This document shows positions 29,225 through 38,785 of a stretch of DNA of 64,000 nt, in pieces. Both the position numbers and the translations under genes were made by a program. This stretch comes from Methanomassiliicoccales archaeon (lineage in GTDB: Archaea > Thermoplasmatota > Thermoplasmata > Methanomassiliicoccales > JACIVX01). Position 1 is the first letter of the stretch; each line of letters opens with the position of its first letter. The stretch covers positions 4,133 through 68,132 of the forward strand of contig JBEKKT010000019.1 of the NCBI GenBank assembly GCA_050010535.1, in the 5' to 3' direction. The notes under the pieces were generated by a model. That model did no database searches. It was given only the letters and a program-made list of their open reading frames with translations, and was not told the origin of the DNA.

Positions 29225-31543
29225 ATGGCGGACGAAAAGAAGGTCGGCTCCGGCACTGTAGAGGTATCGCTTAGACGTGACCTTGGCCTCTTAGAGGTCC
29301 TGATGATAGGCATTGGGCCCAATATCGGCTCGTCGATATTCATACTAATTGGCTTTGCCGTTGGTATCGCTGGACCCGCCATCATTGTTGCCTTTGTACT
29401 CAACTTCTTTGTCACTCTTTTGACGGCGGTTTCCTATGCTGAATTGAGCAGTGCCTTTCCGGAGACTGGAGGAGGTTACCGGTGGATCAAAGAAGGTCTG
29501 TTTCCTCCCTTCGGATTTCTGGGTGGCTGGATGTCATGGGTTGGGCACTGCATAGCGTGTGCTGTGTATGCGCTTGGTTTCGGTTGGGGGGTTAGTGCGC
29601 TCCTGTCCCAGTACAACATTCTATTCTTCGGACTCTCGCCGGACGATATCGCGAAATTGTTCGCATCTCTGATCGCGGCCTTCTTCATCTATCTGAACTA
29701 CAGAGGGGTCAAGGGCGCAGGAAGATCCGAGATAATAGTCTCTTCCTTCCTGATAGGGATAATCATCATCTACATCCTATTCTGCGCGCTAGCCATCTTC
29801 AATGGGGGCATGGTTTCCAATGCCTTCGAACCGTTCTTCCCGCCGATGGCACTCATGAGCATTGCCACGTCGATGGGATTCACATTCATGATCTTCGAAG
29901 GGTACGAGGTTGTCGCCCAGACGGGTGAAGAGGCGAAGAATCCCGAGAAGACCGTGCCGAAGGCAATGTTTCTCTGCATAACCATTAGTGCCGTTATCTT
30001 CGTACTGGTCGCCATCGTGACTATCGCCGTTCTGGGATGGAAGCCGATATCCGACCTAGTGGCGATGAACCGTGGGCAGGACGCACTCGTCGTCGCCTCA
30101 CAGGAGGTGGTACCAGTACTCGGAGGGGCGCTGATTTCAATCGGCATAATAGTGGGATCAATTGCGGCTGTCAATTCAATTGTGTATTCATCTTCAAGGG
30201 TCTCATTCGCCATGGGTCGGGACGGTAACCTCCCAACAGTCTTCGGGAGGCTGCATCCGAAGAAACAGACTCCTTCTGCTGCTCTCCTCATTAGCGGTGC
30301 GATAATAGTCTCCGCATGCGTGTTTTTGCCACTCAATCAAGTTGCCGCAACGGCGGATATCCTTATTTTACTCCTATTTACGTTCGTGAATGTTGCCGCT
30401 TTGTCTCTCAGGAAGAAGAGACCTGATGTGAAGAGGCATTTCGTCACACCTTTCTTCCCTTATATTCCTTTAGCTGGCATTGCTTCGAAACTCTTTCTTG
30501 CCGTGACGCTGTTCAACTATGAGCCCCTTGCCTGGTACTTCGCATTCGCCGTCATCTTCATCGGACTATTCATGTTCTACTTCGCCAAGGGCAGGAAGGA
30601 GATCGAGAAGGCGGAGATCCCGATCAGAGCGCCGCTCACAAAGGAGGAGTTGGCAAGATACAGGGTGCTTATCCCGATCGACGACCCGAAGAACATGCCT
30701 ATTATCGATCTCGGGTGCTTGCTTGCCTCGAAGCACAAGGGTGAGTTGCTCCTGACCAGCGTCATAGAGGTTCCCACCTCTGTACCGATCGATGCGGTCG
30801 ACAAGCAGAGGGTTGACCAACGCAAGAACATGTTGGAGAAACTGAAGAAGTATGCGGAGCTGAGGGGAGTTGAGACGAGAGCACTCGTGTCCGTTTCCCA
30901 CGAGGTCGTCACTGCTGTCGTGGACACGGCGAAAGAAGAGGCCGCTAACGTCATACTCGTCGGCTGGAAAGGATACACTCGCACGAAGAAAATGGTCCTC
31001 GGGAGGAAGATGGACGCGTTGCTGAGACAGACGCCTTGCGACGTCATAGTCCTGAGGTCCGAGGAGAGGCTGAGGCCCGACAACATCCTCGTGCTCTCGG
31101 GTGGGTTATGGCACGTGAGCAAAGCGACCGAGGTCGCTGCCGACATCGCGGTCGCGGAGAAATCCAGGGTCACGATCCTAAACGTCGTGGTGAACGAGAA
31201 GTATCTGACCAAGGCCAGAGAGTATTCGAAGAGGTTGAAGGAGATCGTCGAGTCTGCAGGAGCGCCTGTCATCACAAAGGAGATCAGGCCGGAGACGATA
31301 ATCGGCGGCGTCGTGGCAGAGTCTATGGATTATGATCTGCTGATCATCGGTGCGAGCGCTGCGAAGCGTTGGGAAAAGTTCGCTTTCGGCCCAATACAGG
31401 ACAAGATCGCACAGACGGCGAAATGCTCCGTGCTCGTCTACAAGAGGGTCATCGGTACCGAGATAGCTCCAGAGGCCAATCAGCCTGACGGTCCCCATGC
31501 TGAGCGACAAGAGTCTGGAACTCGTCAACGAAACGAGGAGTGA
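29225..31543 (+). CDS. APC-superfamily amino-acid/polyamine permease fused to two C-terminal universal stress protein (USP) domains
   Basis: 772 aa. About 12 TM segments with an LGLLEVLMIGIGPNIGSSIF N-terminal motif, then two USP-like repeats (YRVLIPIDDPKN...VILVGWKG and NILVLSGG...LLIIGAS...CSVLVYK). Confidence 0.85.
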   Translation: MADEKKVGSGTVEVSLRRDLGLLEVLMIGIGPNIGSSIFILIGFAVGIAGPAIIVAFVLNFFVTLLTAVSYAELSSAFPETGGGYRWIKEGLFPPFGFLGGWMSWVGHCIACAVYALGFGWGVSALLSQYNILFFGLSPDDIAKLFASLIAAFFIYLNYRGVKGAGRSEIIVSSFLIGIIIIYILFCALAIFNGGMVSNAFEPFFPPMALMSIATSMGFTFMIFEGYEVVAQTGEEAKNPEKTVPKAMFLCITISAVIFVLVAIVTIAVLGWKPISDLVAMNRGQDALVVASQEVVPVLGGALISIGIIVGSIAAVNSIVYSSSRVSFAMGRDGNLPTVFGRLHPKKQTPSAALLISGAIIVSACVFLPLNQVAATADILILLLFTFVNVAALSLRKKRPDVKRHFVTPFFPYIPLAGIASKLFLAVTLFNYEPLAWYFAFAVIFIGLFMFYFAKGRKEIEKAEIPIRAPLTKEELARYRVLIPIDDPKNMPIIDLGCLLASKHKGELLLTSVIEVPTSVPIDAVDKQRVDQRKNMLEKLKKYAELRGVETRALVSVSHEVVTAVVDTAKEEAANVILVGWKGYTRTKKMVLGRKMDALLRQTPCDVIVLRSEERLRPDNILVLSGGLWHVSKATEVAADIAVAEKSRVTILNVVVNEKYLTKAREYSKRLKEIVESAGAPVITKEIRPETIIGGVVAESMDYDLLIIGASAAKRWEKFAFGPIQDKIAQTAKCSVLVYKRVIGTEIAPEANQPDGPHAERQESGTRQRNEE

Positions 31544-32471
31544 GGTCCGTAGGTATCCTCGCTCCCGCGCTTGTCGGGTGTCCTCCACCTCCGAGGCCGT
31601 GAACTGAAGTAAACTCCTCGGTGAACCTGCCGAGGTTGACGCCTCCGTGACGGAGCCCTCTCATCGACACGGAGGAGTGCTCCTTTCTCTCGTTTATCAT
31701 CACGGCGTAGCTGCATCCGCGCTCTTTCGCGACTTCCACAAGAGCTTTGGTGCCGAAGCCATGCAGAGATCGCCTCTTATCCTTGAACTCCAGAATGCAG
31801 ATGGACCCCTCGACCCTTGCGCCGTGCTCCACCCTTGCGAGCGCTCTCGGCCACCGTTTCTCGTTCTGGACTTGGAGGTATCTGCGCTTGATCAGGCCCA
31901 CCTCGGACGGCCAGCACCCAGAGGAGAGGCGAGAGCTGGCGTGGAGCCTGAAAACGTCGTCCTCGATGTTGAATCGCCAGGAGTAGTCAAGTATCCTCGC
32001 CTCCTCCTCAAGGCGCCTGATCCCGTGAGTCCTGGCTTGATCTTGAAGAAGCTCTGTGTCACAGAACTCCATCAGGTCCGCTATGGCGACGAGCTTCTTC
32101 ATGTGACCGCTCGATTTGAATTGATGGTACATAGCCCCCGCGGCGCTCATTCCTTCTCTGATCAGACAGATGTCCTGGATCGACTCTGGAACGAATGAAG
32201 GCTGGTGGTGATCTATAGCGATGATGTCCTGCGACTCTCTTCTCTGTTCTATTAATCTCGCCAGCTCAGGGACAACCGCAAGGTCGACCAAGAATACCCG
32301 GCTCGAGAATTCGTCCTTCGAGAAGACCTTCGCTCCGGCGGTCGGCGAGGTGACGAACGAGACGCGAGAGCCTGGAAAGACGTCCAGAAAGATCGCTGCA
32401 CAAACAATGCCATCGACATTTCCTCGGGTAACGAGGTGAACGTCCCTCTCGTCCCTGGAAAGGCTTCCCAT
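31449..32471 (-). CDS. DHH/DHHA1-family phosphoesterase (NrnA/RecJ-like)
   Basis: TRGNVDGIVCAAIF, IIAIDHHQP (DHH motif) and GGGHPTSAGA (DHHA1 motif). Start trimmed to MGSLSRDE. The 3' end overlaps the permease gene convergently by 95 nt. Confidence 0.75.
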   Translation of the reverse strand: MGSLSRDERDVHLVTRGNVDGIVCAAIFLDVFPGSRVSFVTSPTAGAKVFSKDEFSSRVFLVDLAVVPELARLIEQRRESQDIIAIDHHQPSFVPESIQDICLIREGMSAAGAMYHQFKSSGHMKKLVAIADLMEFCDTELLQDQARTHGIRRLEEEARILDYSWRFNIEDDVFRLHASSRLSSGCWPSEVGLIKRRYLQVQNEKRWPRALARVEHGARVEGSICILEFKDKRRSLHGFGTKALVEVAKERGCSYAVMINERKEHSSVSMRGLRHGGVNLGRFTEEFTSVHGLGGGGHPTSAGARIPTDLTPRFVDEFQTLVAQHGDRQADWPLELSRYR

Positions 32472-32753
32472 CCCACGCGAGTATTGTTTTCCAGAATATA
32501 TTACTTTATTGAGAGGATGAAGCCTGGGGAGTCGCAAGAGGGAGGTTTCAAGTCTCCCTGGTTCTCCGGGAGACCCCATCAAGAGGAGACATTGTCAGCG
32601 GGTGGGCCCCCTTGACCAGTTCATGAGAGAATCAACGTGCAGAGCTTCGTACTATGCATGTACACGTACTGGCTATAGCGCAGGATAAGTGCCGAAGCTT
32701 ACTTTCGACAAGGACGGAGGTTTCATATTGATGCCCCGTGCTGAGGTGATTGA

Positions 32754-33455
32754 GTGAAATCGGAAAAGGATTTGATGGTTGGCGAGATGTTCCGCTTAGT
32801 TGGAAGGGAACACGGTTACGACGATGTCAAGGCCCGATTCTATCCGTTCAAGGAATTCAAGAGCACATGGTGTCGCAACGGTCAAACGGCGGAGTTCCGG
32901 ATATCGGATTACATCCAATGGGCCAATGATGAGGTTCTTGAGGATTTCGCACGTTGCGTGTTCGGCAGAATTTCGAACAGAGGACGCAGAGAGGTGTACA
33001 CCGACCGGCTCAGAAGATGGCTGCAATCTCAGGAGTTCATTTTGAGGAACCGTACGCTTTATCTCGAGCGCAGCCGAAACCTAACTCTCTCCCCCGCCGG
33101 CCAGGTCCTCGACCTCCGCGAGATACGGGCGAATCTCAAGGACAAGGGTCTAATCGAGGATTCCTCCGATGCATTTCTGAGTTGGACCGTCTGCGGCAAT
33201 GTGCACAGGGTAGGATACTGCAGCGTCATAATGAGAGTGATCGCAATCAGTTCGGTCCTCGACACCATATCGATGCCGGACTATGTGGTGGAGTACGTCC
33301 TGTATCATGAGATACTCCACCTCGAATCGGGACTGGGTTCGCTGCCCTCCGGACACGGCCGGGAGTTCAGGATGAAGGAGAAGATGTATCCGAAGTGGAG
33401 AGAGGCTGACGAATGGCTCAAGAAAGTGGCTTCTAGGAAGGAACTCGGGACGTAG
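32754..33455 (+). CDS. DUF45/YgjP- or SprT-like zinc metallohydrolase (HExxH)
   Basis: YVVEYVLYHEILHLE...GHGREFRMKEKMYPKWREADEWLKK resembles the DUF45 signature (HExxH, then H..F, then WL). GTG start at 32754; alternative ATG at 32775. Confidence 0.6.
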   Translation: MKSEKDLMVGEMFRLVGREHGYDDVKARFYPFKEFKSTWCRNGQTAEFRISDYIQWANDEVLEDFARCVFGRISNRGRREVYTDRLRRWLQSQEFILRNRTLYLERSRNLTLSPAGQVLDLREIRANLKDKGLIEDSSDAFLSWTVCGNVHRVGYCSVIMRVIAISSVLDTISMPDYVVEYVLYHEILHLESGLGSLPSGHGREFRMKEKMYPKWREADEWLKKVASRKELGT

Positions 33456-33539
33456 GTCGCAGCGACAAAGGTATCAGGTCGTCGGTTCATAGTCTTAATG
33501 AAGTGAGGGATGTGGTAGGAAAGCGCCAGTTCGTCAGGA

Positions 33540-34478
33540 ATGTCACATTGGGAGATGATGTGGATGACGTCTTCTCTGTCAAGTACAAGAAGCCCAAAGT
33601 ACGCAAATGGGTTTATGTTCGAGGTCAGGGTCGCGGACCGCACTGGGGATATAACCGTGAAGTTTTGGGGTCCTGCCGACGAAGCCTCTGTCCGCAGGAT
33701 CTACGACGCCTTTAGGGACGGGGACGTTGTCCGAATCAAGGGCCAGGCTACCACCTACAGAGACGTGATGGAGATTTCAGTGAACGCCGAAAGCGGAGGA
33801 CTTGTAAGGCCGGTTCAATCATCGGAATACAGTTACGGTGACTTCGTCGGAAGCAGTGAGAAGGATCCCAATCAGATGATGACCCAATTGAACTCCCACA
33901 TCGAGAAGATAGAGAATCCTCATTTGCAGAGATTGCTCTCATCCTTCTTCTCGGACGAGGGGTTCGTTGATAAGTTCAAGCGCGCTCCGGCATCTATATC
34001 CATTCACGCTAACTGGATTGGCGGCCTTCTTGAACACACTCTCAACGTCACAGATATCTGCGATTTCCTCACGAAGACGTACCCCAAACTGGACAAGGAC
34101 CTGCTGTTGGCTGGTGCTATTCTCCACGATATTGGAAAGGTTATCGAGTACTCCGTCACTACGAACATAGACGAGTCGACTGATGGCATGCTGAGAGGAC
34201 ACATCGTCGCTGGTGCTGAGATGATCACGGGGGCCTGCGAGAACATACCGGATTTCCCGGAGAACCTGAAGCTGAAGATGGCCCACATGATATTAAGCCA
34301 TCACGGAAAACCCGAGCAGGGCTCTCCGAAGAAACCCCAGTTCCCGGAAGCTGCGGTGGTCAACCTCGCGGACGATATGGATGCACAGATCGAACAATAC
34401 ATCAGGGTGAAGGGAGAGGCTCAGACCGATGATCAATGGGCATACAGCAAGCGTCTTGGATTGATCTACCTCGGTTAG
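33540..34478 (+). CDS. OB-fold plus HD-domain phosphohydrolase (YhaM-like 3'-5' exoribonuclease family). The N-terminus may continue in another frame from 33503.
   Basis: OB segment FEVRVADRTGDITVKFWG...VVRIKG. HD segment HANWIGGLLEHTLNV, ILHDIGKV, LSHHGK. See the finding on the 33503 frame. Confidence 0.8.
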   Translation: MSHWEMMWMTSSLSSTRSPKYANGFMFEVRVADRTGDITVKFWGPADEASVRRIYDAFRDGDVVRIKGQATTYRDVMEISVNAESGGLVRPVQSSEYSYGDFVGSSEKDPNQMMTQLNSHIEKIENPHLQRLLSSFFSDEGFVDKFKRAPASISIHANWIGGLLEHTLNVTDICDFLTKTYPKLDKDLLLAGAILHDIGKVIEYSVTTNIDESTDGMLRGHIVAGAEMITGACENIPDFPENLKLKMAHMILSHHGKPEQGSPKKPQFPEAAVVNLADDMDAQIEQYIRVKGEAQTDDQWAYSKRLGLIYLG

Positions 34479-34747
34479 TCGTTGCTTGTTGGCTCGAACG
34501 TGTACGAACACCTATCAAGCCCCCTCATTTGGTTTGGATGCCACGGAAAGGCCTGACAGAATGGAGCGCGATTGGCGTACATCGTGCAGGTCCACAAGCC
34601 ATCGACAAGGGCGAGGAACTGACACTGGCCGTTCTCCGGAAGTCCGTTCTCCCGATAGAATTCCCTCGCGTCCTCGTCTATTAGAAACCGTGGCTTGCAA
34701 CAATCCCCGCAGCGGTTGCAATCCCCTTTCCGGAGGAAGTTTGTCAT
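34475..34747 (-). CDS. YkgJ-family cysteine-cluster protein (CxxCxxCC)
   Basis: MTNFLRKGDCNRCGDCCKPRF...CQFL...WTCTMYANRAPFCQAFP. Start trimmed from the 136-aa track ORF. Confidence 0.75.
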   Translation of the reverse strand: MTNFLRKGDCNRCGDCCKPRFLIDEDAREFYRENGLPENGQCQFLALVDGLWTCTMYANRAPFCQAFPWHPNQMRGLDRCSYTFEPTSND

Positions 34748-35151
34748 CCTCTCAGTGATTGGTCTGCAGTCTATTTTGATTTCTCTATGTGCAAGAGTCC
34801 AGGTGAGTGAAGAGCAGACCGTTAAGAGGGGTGTCCCCCAGCCATAACAGATTGGTTCACGGAAGGGCGTAGCCCGCCTCCCCACACTGACCCAGGCTGG
34901 GGGTTTTTGTCGTGCATCGGGGTTGGTCCCCAGTCATAACCCGACGTCTCGTCGCCGTTCCTGGAGCGACCCATTATGTCGATGCACTGTCGCCCCCAGA
35001 ATCCAGGAAGAATCACGGATCATCATCCAATCTCCGAGGGCAGTACGAGTTACGTGGAGCTGTGTAATAACACTTTCGATTGTACTGCCACATGGCTTAT
35101 CGCTGTCCCATGTCGATATTGGTCTAGATGGCGTTGCCTCAGTTCTCGGTC

Positions 35152-35687
35152 ATGAAGAAGAACACGCTGATGACCGGTCCTCCGGGCTTTGGCGAGACGA
35201 GTTCCATTAGACAGACAGCCATGATGCTTAGGGAGGGGGCGGATGGTTTCTACACGGAAGAGGCTAGGGAAGACGGGGAAAGAATGGGGTTTAGAATCAG
35301 CCGCTGGACGGCGAGAGCGGAGTGCTCGCCCACGTGGACTTCGAAGGCGACCAGAAGGTCGGTCGGTACGGTGTGAACGTTACGGATCTCGATAGAGTGG
35401 GTGCTGCTGCGATCTGGCGCGCGATGAAAACCGGAAGGGTCGTCATCGTCGACGAGATCGGGAAGGTGGAGCTGTTTTATTCAGGCTCTAGGATGGCCGT
35501 CCTCGAGGCTTTCGGTTCCCTCCGTCCTGTGATAGCGACGATAAAGGACAAGGAAGAACAGTTCTGCGACGTCATCAAGACGAGGAACGATGTCCAGATC
35601 GTGTACATGACCAAGGAGAACCGAGATGCGGTCCCGGATGACATTGTGAGACTCCTGCGAAAGTATTTATGTTCTAGCACTCAATAA
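35152..35687 (+). pseudogene. THEP1-type nucleoside-triphosphatase gene with a -1 frameshift and a Walker A Lys-to-Glu substitution
   Basis: Frame 1 gives MKKNTLMTGPPGFGETSS...GFYTEEAREDGERMGFRIS. The next frame gives LDGESGVLAHVDFEGDQKVGRYGVNVTDL...VVIVDEIGKVELF...VYMTKENRD. The junction is near 35300-35306. Total length is 536 nt, which is 3n-1. GFGET replaces the canonical GxGKT. Confidence 0.75.
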
Positions 35688-35695
35688 AATAACCG

Positions 35696-36673
35696 ATGAC
35701 TATCCTTATTGGCTGCAGCGGATGGTCTTATGACGATTGGGTAGGGCGTTTCTATCCCATCGATCTCGCCCAGAAGAGGGGCGAGTGGCTCAGATACTAT
35801 GCAGGTTACTTCAGGACAGTGGAGATAAACAGCACGTTCTACCGCCCGCCCAATGATTTCCTCGTGAATTCATGGATCAAGAAGGCATCCGACCTCGAGG
35901 ACTTCGAATTCTCAGTAAAGCTGCCGCAGATCATCACCCACGACTCCATCGTGAAGGGAAATGCGGAACATGCGGCGAATCAAGCCGCATCCTTCGAGAA
36001 GATATGCGTCGAACCGCTTGCAAGGGAGAACCTTCTCGGTAGCGTGCTCATCCAGCTCTCGCCATACTTCAAGAACGAAGGAGACGCCGTCAACAACCTG
36101 GCCGTGTTGCTCAGAGTCGTGTCGTGCGATAAGTATCCATACGCAGTCGAATTCCGTCACAGGTCTTGGCTTGAAGACTCAATTCGGGAGATCGTCCCAG
36201 AAGCTCTGGATCTCCTCCAAGGGCGCAACGTCGCGAATGTCGTCATAGACGGTCCCGGCTTTCCAGTCACGTCCAGAAACGTCGCAGATCACTCCTACAT
36301 ACGATTCCATGGAAGAAACTACGATATCTGGTACTCCGACGAGAAAGAAGATGACTGCAGGATCAACCGCTATGATTTCCTCTACTCCGAAACGCAGTTG
36401 AGGCCATGGGTCGAAAGAATAAGAGGAGCAGAAGAAGGCGCCCAGAAGGTCAGAGTATACTTCAATAACCACGGTAGATCCAAGGCGGTCAAGAACGCCT
36501 TCCAGATGATGGACCTGCTATCGATCCCGCATCGTCAAAAAGAGATCCAGTTGCAGGACCAGATGACGTTGGGGAGCTTTGATGCCTCCGCTGCGGAAAC
36601 GAATGTGGTGGAAAAAAACGCAAACCTTCAAATCCATAGACAAAATAGCCGGGGGGCAAGTACCAATCGTTGA
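35696..36673 (+). CDS. DUF72 (UPF0759) family protein
   Basis: IGCSGWSYDDWVGRFYP...YYAGYFRTVEINSTFYRPP is the classic DUF72 N-terminus. It carries a C-terminal extension of about 40 aa. Confidence 0.85.
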   Translation: MTILIGCSGWSYDDWVGRFYPIDLAQKRGEWLRYYAGYFRTVEINSTFYRPPNDFLVNSWIKKASDLEDFEFSVKLPQIITHDSIVKGNAEHAANQAASFEKICVEPLARENLLGSVLIQLSPYFKNEGDAVNNLAVLLRVVSCDKYPYAVEFRHRSWLEDSIREIVPEALDLLQGRNVANVVIDGPGFPVTSRNVADHSYIRFHGRNYDIWYSDEKEDDCRINRYDFLYSETQLRPWVERIRGAEEGAQKVRVYFNNHGRSKAVKNAFQMMDLLSIPHRQKEIQLQDQMTLGSFDASAAETNVVEKNANLQIHRQNSRGASTNR

Positions 36674-36685
36674 TGGTGTCACAAC

Positions 36686-38785
36686 ATGAAGACGCTATTC
36701 GAGCCAGAGTCTATTGCTGTGGTCGGGGCTGCCAGAGATGAGGGAAAGGTGGGTCGTGCCGTTATGAAGAACCTCATCGGCTCTGGATTCAGGGGCAAGA
36801 TATTCCCGGTGAATCCAAAGGCCCCGGAGATCCTTGGTTTCAAGTGCTATCCCTCCTTGACTAACATACCTGAGCCTGTCGATATGGCTATCATTGTCAT
36901 CCCTGCTGCATTCGTGCCCAGAGTCATCGAGGAGGCCGGGCAGAAAAGGATAAAATCCGCTATAATAATCACTTCGGGTTTCAAAGAGGCTGGAAAGGAG
37001 GGCGCCGAACTCGAGAGGAACATTGGGGAGACAGCAAGGAAGTATGGCATGAACATCCTAGGACCCAACTGTCTGGGGTTGATCAACACCAATCATAACA
37101 TGAACGCCACCTTCACCAAAAACTACCCGACGGAAGGACCTGTCGCCATCACGTCTCAATCTGGAGCCGTTGGAACGACCGTTCTCGACTGGGCATCCGA
37201 GGTCAAGATAGGTTTCTCGAAGTTCATTAGTGTCGGCAACAAGGTCGACATCGACGAAGCCGATCTCATCGATTATCTCCGGAATGATGACAACACGAAG
37301 GTCATCGGGATGTACATAGAAGGCGCTAATAGAGGTAACGAGTTCATGCGGGCCGCATTTCAGGCGACGAAGTCAAAGCCGATAATCGCCTTGAAGGCGG
37401 GCAGAACGAGCTCCGGCGCGAAGGCCGCTTCTTCGCACACCGGAGCGCTATCTGGGAGCGACAAAGTTTACGATGCGGCGATGGATCAATCCGGTATCAT
37501 AAGGGTGAAGACGATCGACGAGCTCTTCGATTTGCTCCTGGTGTTCGCGAACATGCCTTTGCCAAAGGGGGACGGAGTCGCGGTCGTCACCAATGCTGGC
37601 GGTCTTGGCGTCATGGCCGCCGACGCGGCCTCGGATTACGGTCTCACGTTGGCGTCGTTCGAGTCCGAGACTATAGAGAGGCTGAAGAGCAAGCTGCCGG
37701 AACAATGCAACTTCTACAACCCAGTTGATGTGCTGGGAGATGCCGACGCCGTGCGATATGAATTTGCCATCAGAACGCTTATGGAGGATGAGAACGTTTC
37801 CTGCATTGCTGTCATGCTGGCTCCAACCGATCTGGTGGACATACCTTCTACTGCGAGGCTCCTTGCATCATTCTCCGGGAACGTGAAGGTGCCAGTCGTC
37901 GCTGCCTTCGTCGGCGGCAAGGATTGTCGAAATGGTATTGACATACTGAGACCCTCCGGTATTCCGAATTATGAATCGCCTGACAGGGCTATGAGAGCTC
38001 TGAGCGGCATGGTGCAGTACCAGAAGATGAACGCGAATAGGGACGAGGCTCCTCCCATCGTAGTCGAGGGCGACAAGGAACCGGTCCAGAGACTACTAGA
38101 TAGGATAAGGGCCGAAGGCAGGGTGGCCTTGAGCGAGGACGAGGGCAAGGAGATTCTCAAGGCGTACGGGGTTCCGGTTCCCGTGGAGATTGTCGCGAAG
38201 GATTCTAAGGGGGCAGTGGAAGCGGCTGATCGTATCGGTTACCCAGTCGTCATGAAAATCGTCTCTCCGGATATAGCCCACAAGACCGATGTGGGCGGTG
38301 TAGCGGTCGGTGTTGCGAATGCTGAGGACGTCAAGAAGCAGTTCAACCTTATCGTCAGCAGGAGCAAGAACAAAATGCCAGACGCGAGGATCGACGGCGT
38401 AGTAATATGTCAGACGATAAGCGGAAGGGAGGTCATCATCGGCATGGTTCGCGATCCACAGTTCGGCCCCGTCATCACCTTCGGTCTCGGCGGAATATTC
38501 GTGGAGATCATGAAGGACGTCACCCAGAGGATCGCTCCTCTGACGGAGGCTCAGGTGACGAAGATGATATCCTCGATCAGAGCATTCCCGATACTGTCTG
38601 GTGCGAGGGGAAGGAAGCCGGCTGATATCAACTCACTGAAGAATGTCATCTATAGGGTCGCGCAGGTCTCTCTTGATTTCCCAGAAATATCTGAGCTTGA
38701 AATCAACCCCGTCATCGTGTCAGATGAGGGGAAGGGATGCGGCGCAGTCGACGCGCTGGTCATAATTAGGAGGGAGAACAAATGA
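36686..38785 (+). CDS. acd: Acetate--CoA ligase (ADP-forming), fused alpha/beta type (ACD)
   Basis: 699 aa. PESIAVVGAARDEGKVG, NPK, GPNCLGLIN, SQSGAVG and SHTGALSG (phosphohistidine loop), with a C-terminal ATP-grasp domain. Confidence 0.9.
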   Translation: MKTLFEPESIAVVGAARDEGKVGRAVMKNLIGSGFRGKIFPVNPKAPEILGFKCYPSLTNIPEPVDMAIIVIPAAFVPRVIEEAGQKRIKSAIIITSGFKEAGKEGAELERNIGETARKYGMNILGPNCLGLINTNHNMNATFTKNYPTEGPVAITSQSGAVGTTVLDWASEVKIGFSKFISVGNKVDIDEADLIDYLRNDDNTKVIGMYIEGANRGNEFMRAAFQATKSKPIIALKAGRTSSGAKAASSHTGALSGSDKVYDAAMDQSGIIRVKTIDELFDLLLVFANMPLPKGDGVAVVTNAGGLGVMAADAASDYGLTLASFESETIERLKSKLPEQCNFYNPVDVLGDADAVRYEFAIRTLMEDENVSCIAVMLAPTDLVDIPSTARLLASFSGNVKVPVVAAFVGGKDCRNGIDILRPSGIPNYESPDRAMRALSGMVQYQKMNANRDEAPPIVVEGDKEPVQRLLDRIRAEGRVALSEDEGKEILKAYGVPVPVEIVAKDSKGAVEAADRIGYPVVMKIVSPDIAHKTDVGGVAVGVANAEDVKKQFNLIVSRSKNKMPDARIDGVVICQTISGREVIIGMVRDPQFGPVITFGLGGIFVEIMKDVTQRIAPLTEAQVTKMISSIRAFPILSGARGRKPADINSLKNVIYRVAQVSLDFPEISELEINPVIVSDEGKGCGAVDALVIIRRENK

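Noticed and set aside
30577-31275. 232-aa minus-strand ORF inside the permease-USP gene
   Set aside because: It is antisense to the USP domains and has a Ser/Thr-rich, low-complexity translation.
34836-34937. Near-repeat CCCCAG(C/T)CATAAC (34836 and 34925) and a CCCAGGCTGGG palindrome followed by T5 upstream of the THEP1 pseudogene
   Set aside because: There are only two imperfect copies. The palindrome leaves a loop too small for a stable hairpin. There is not enough evidence for a defined element.
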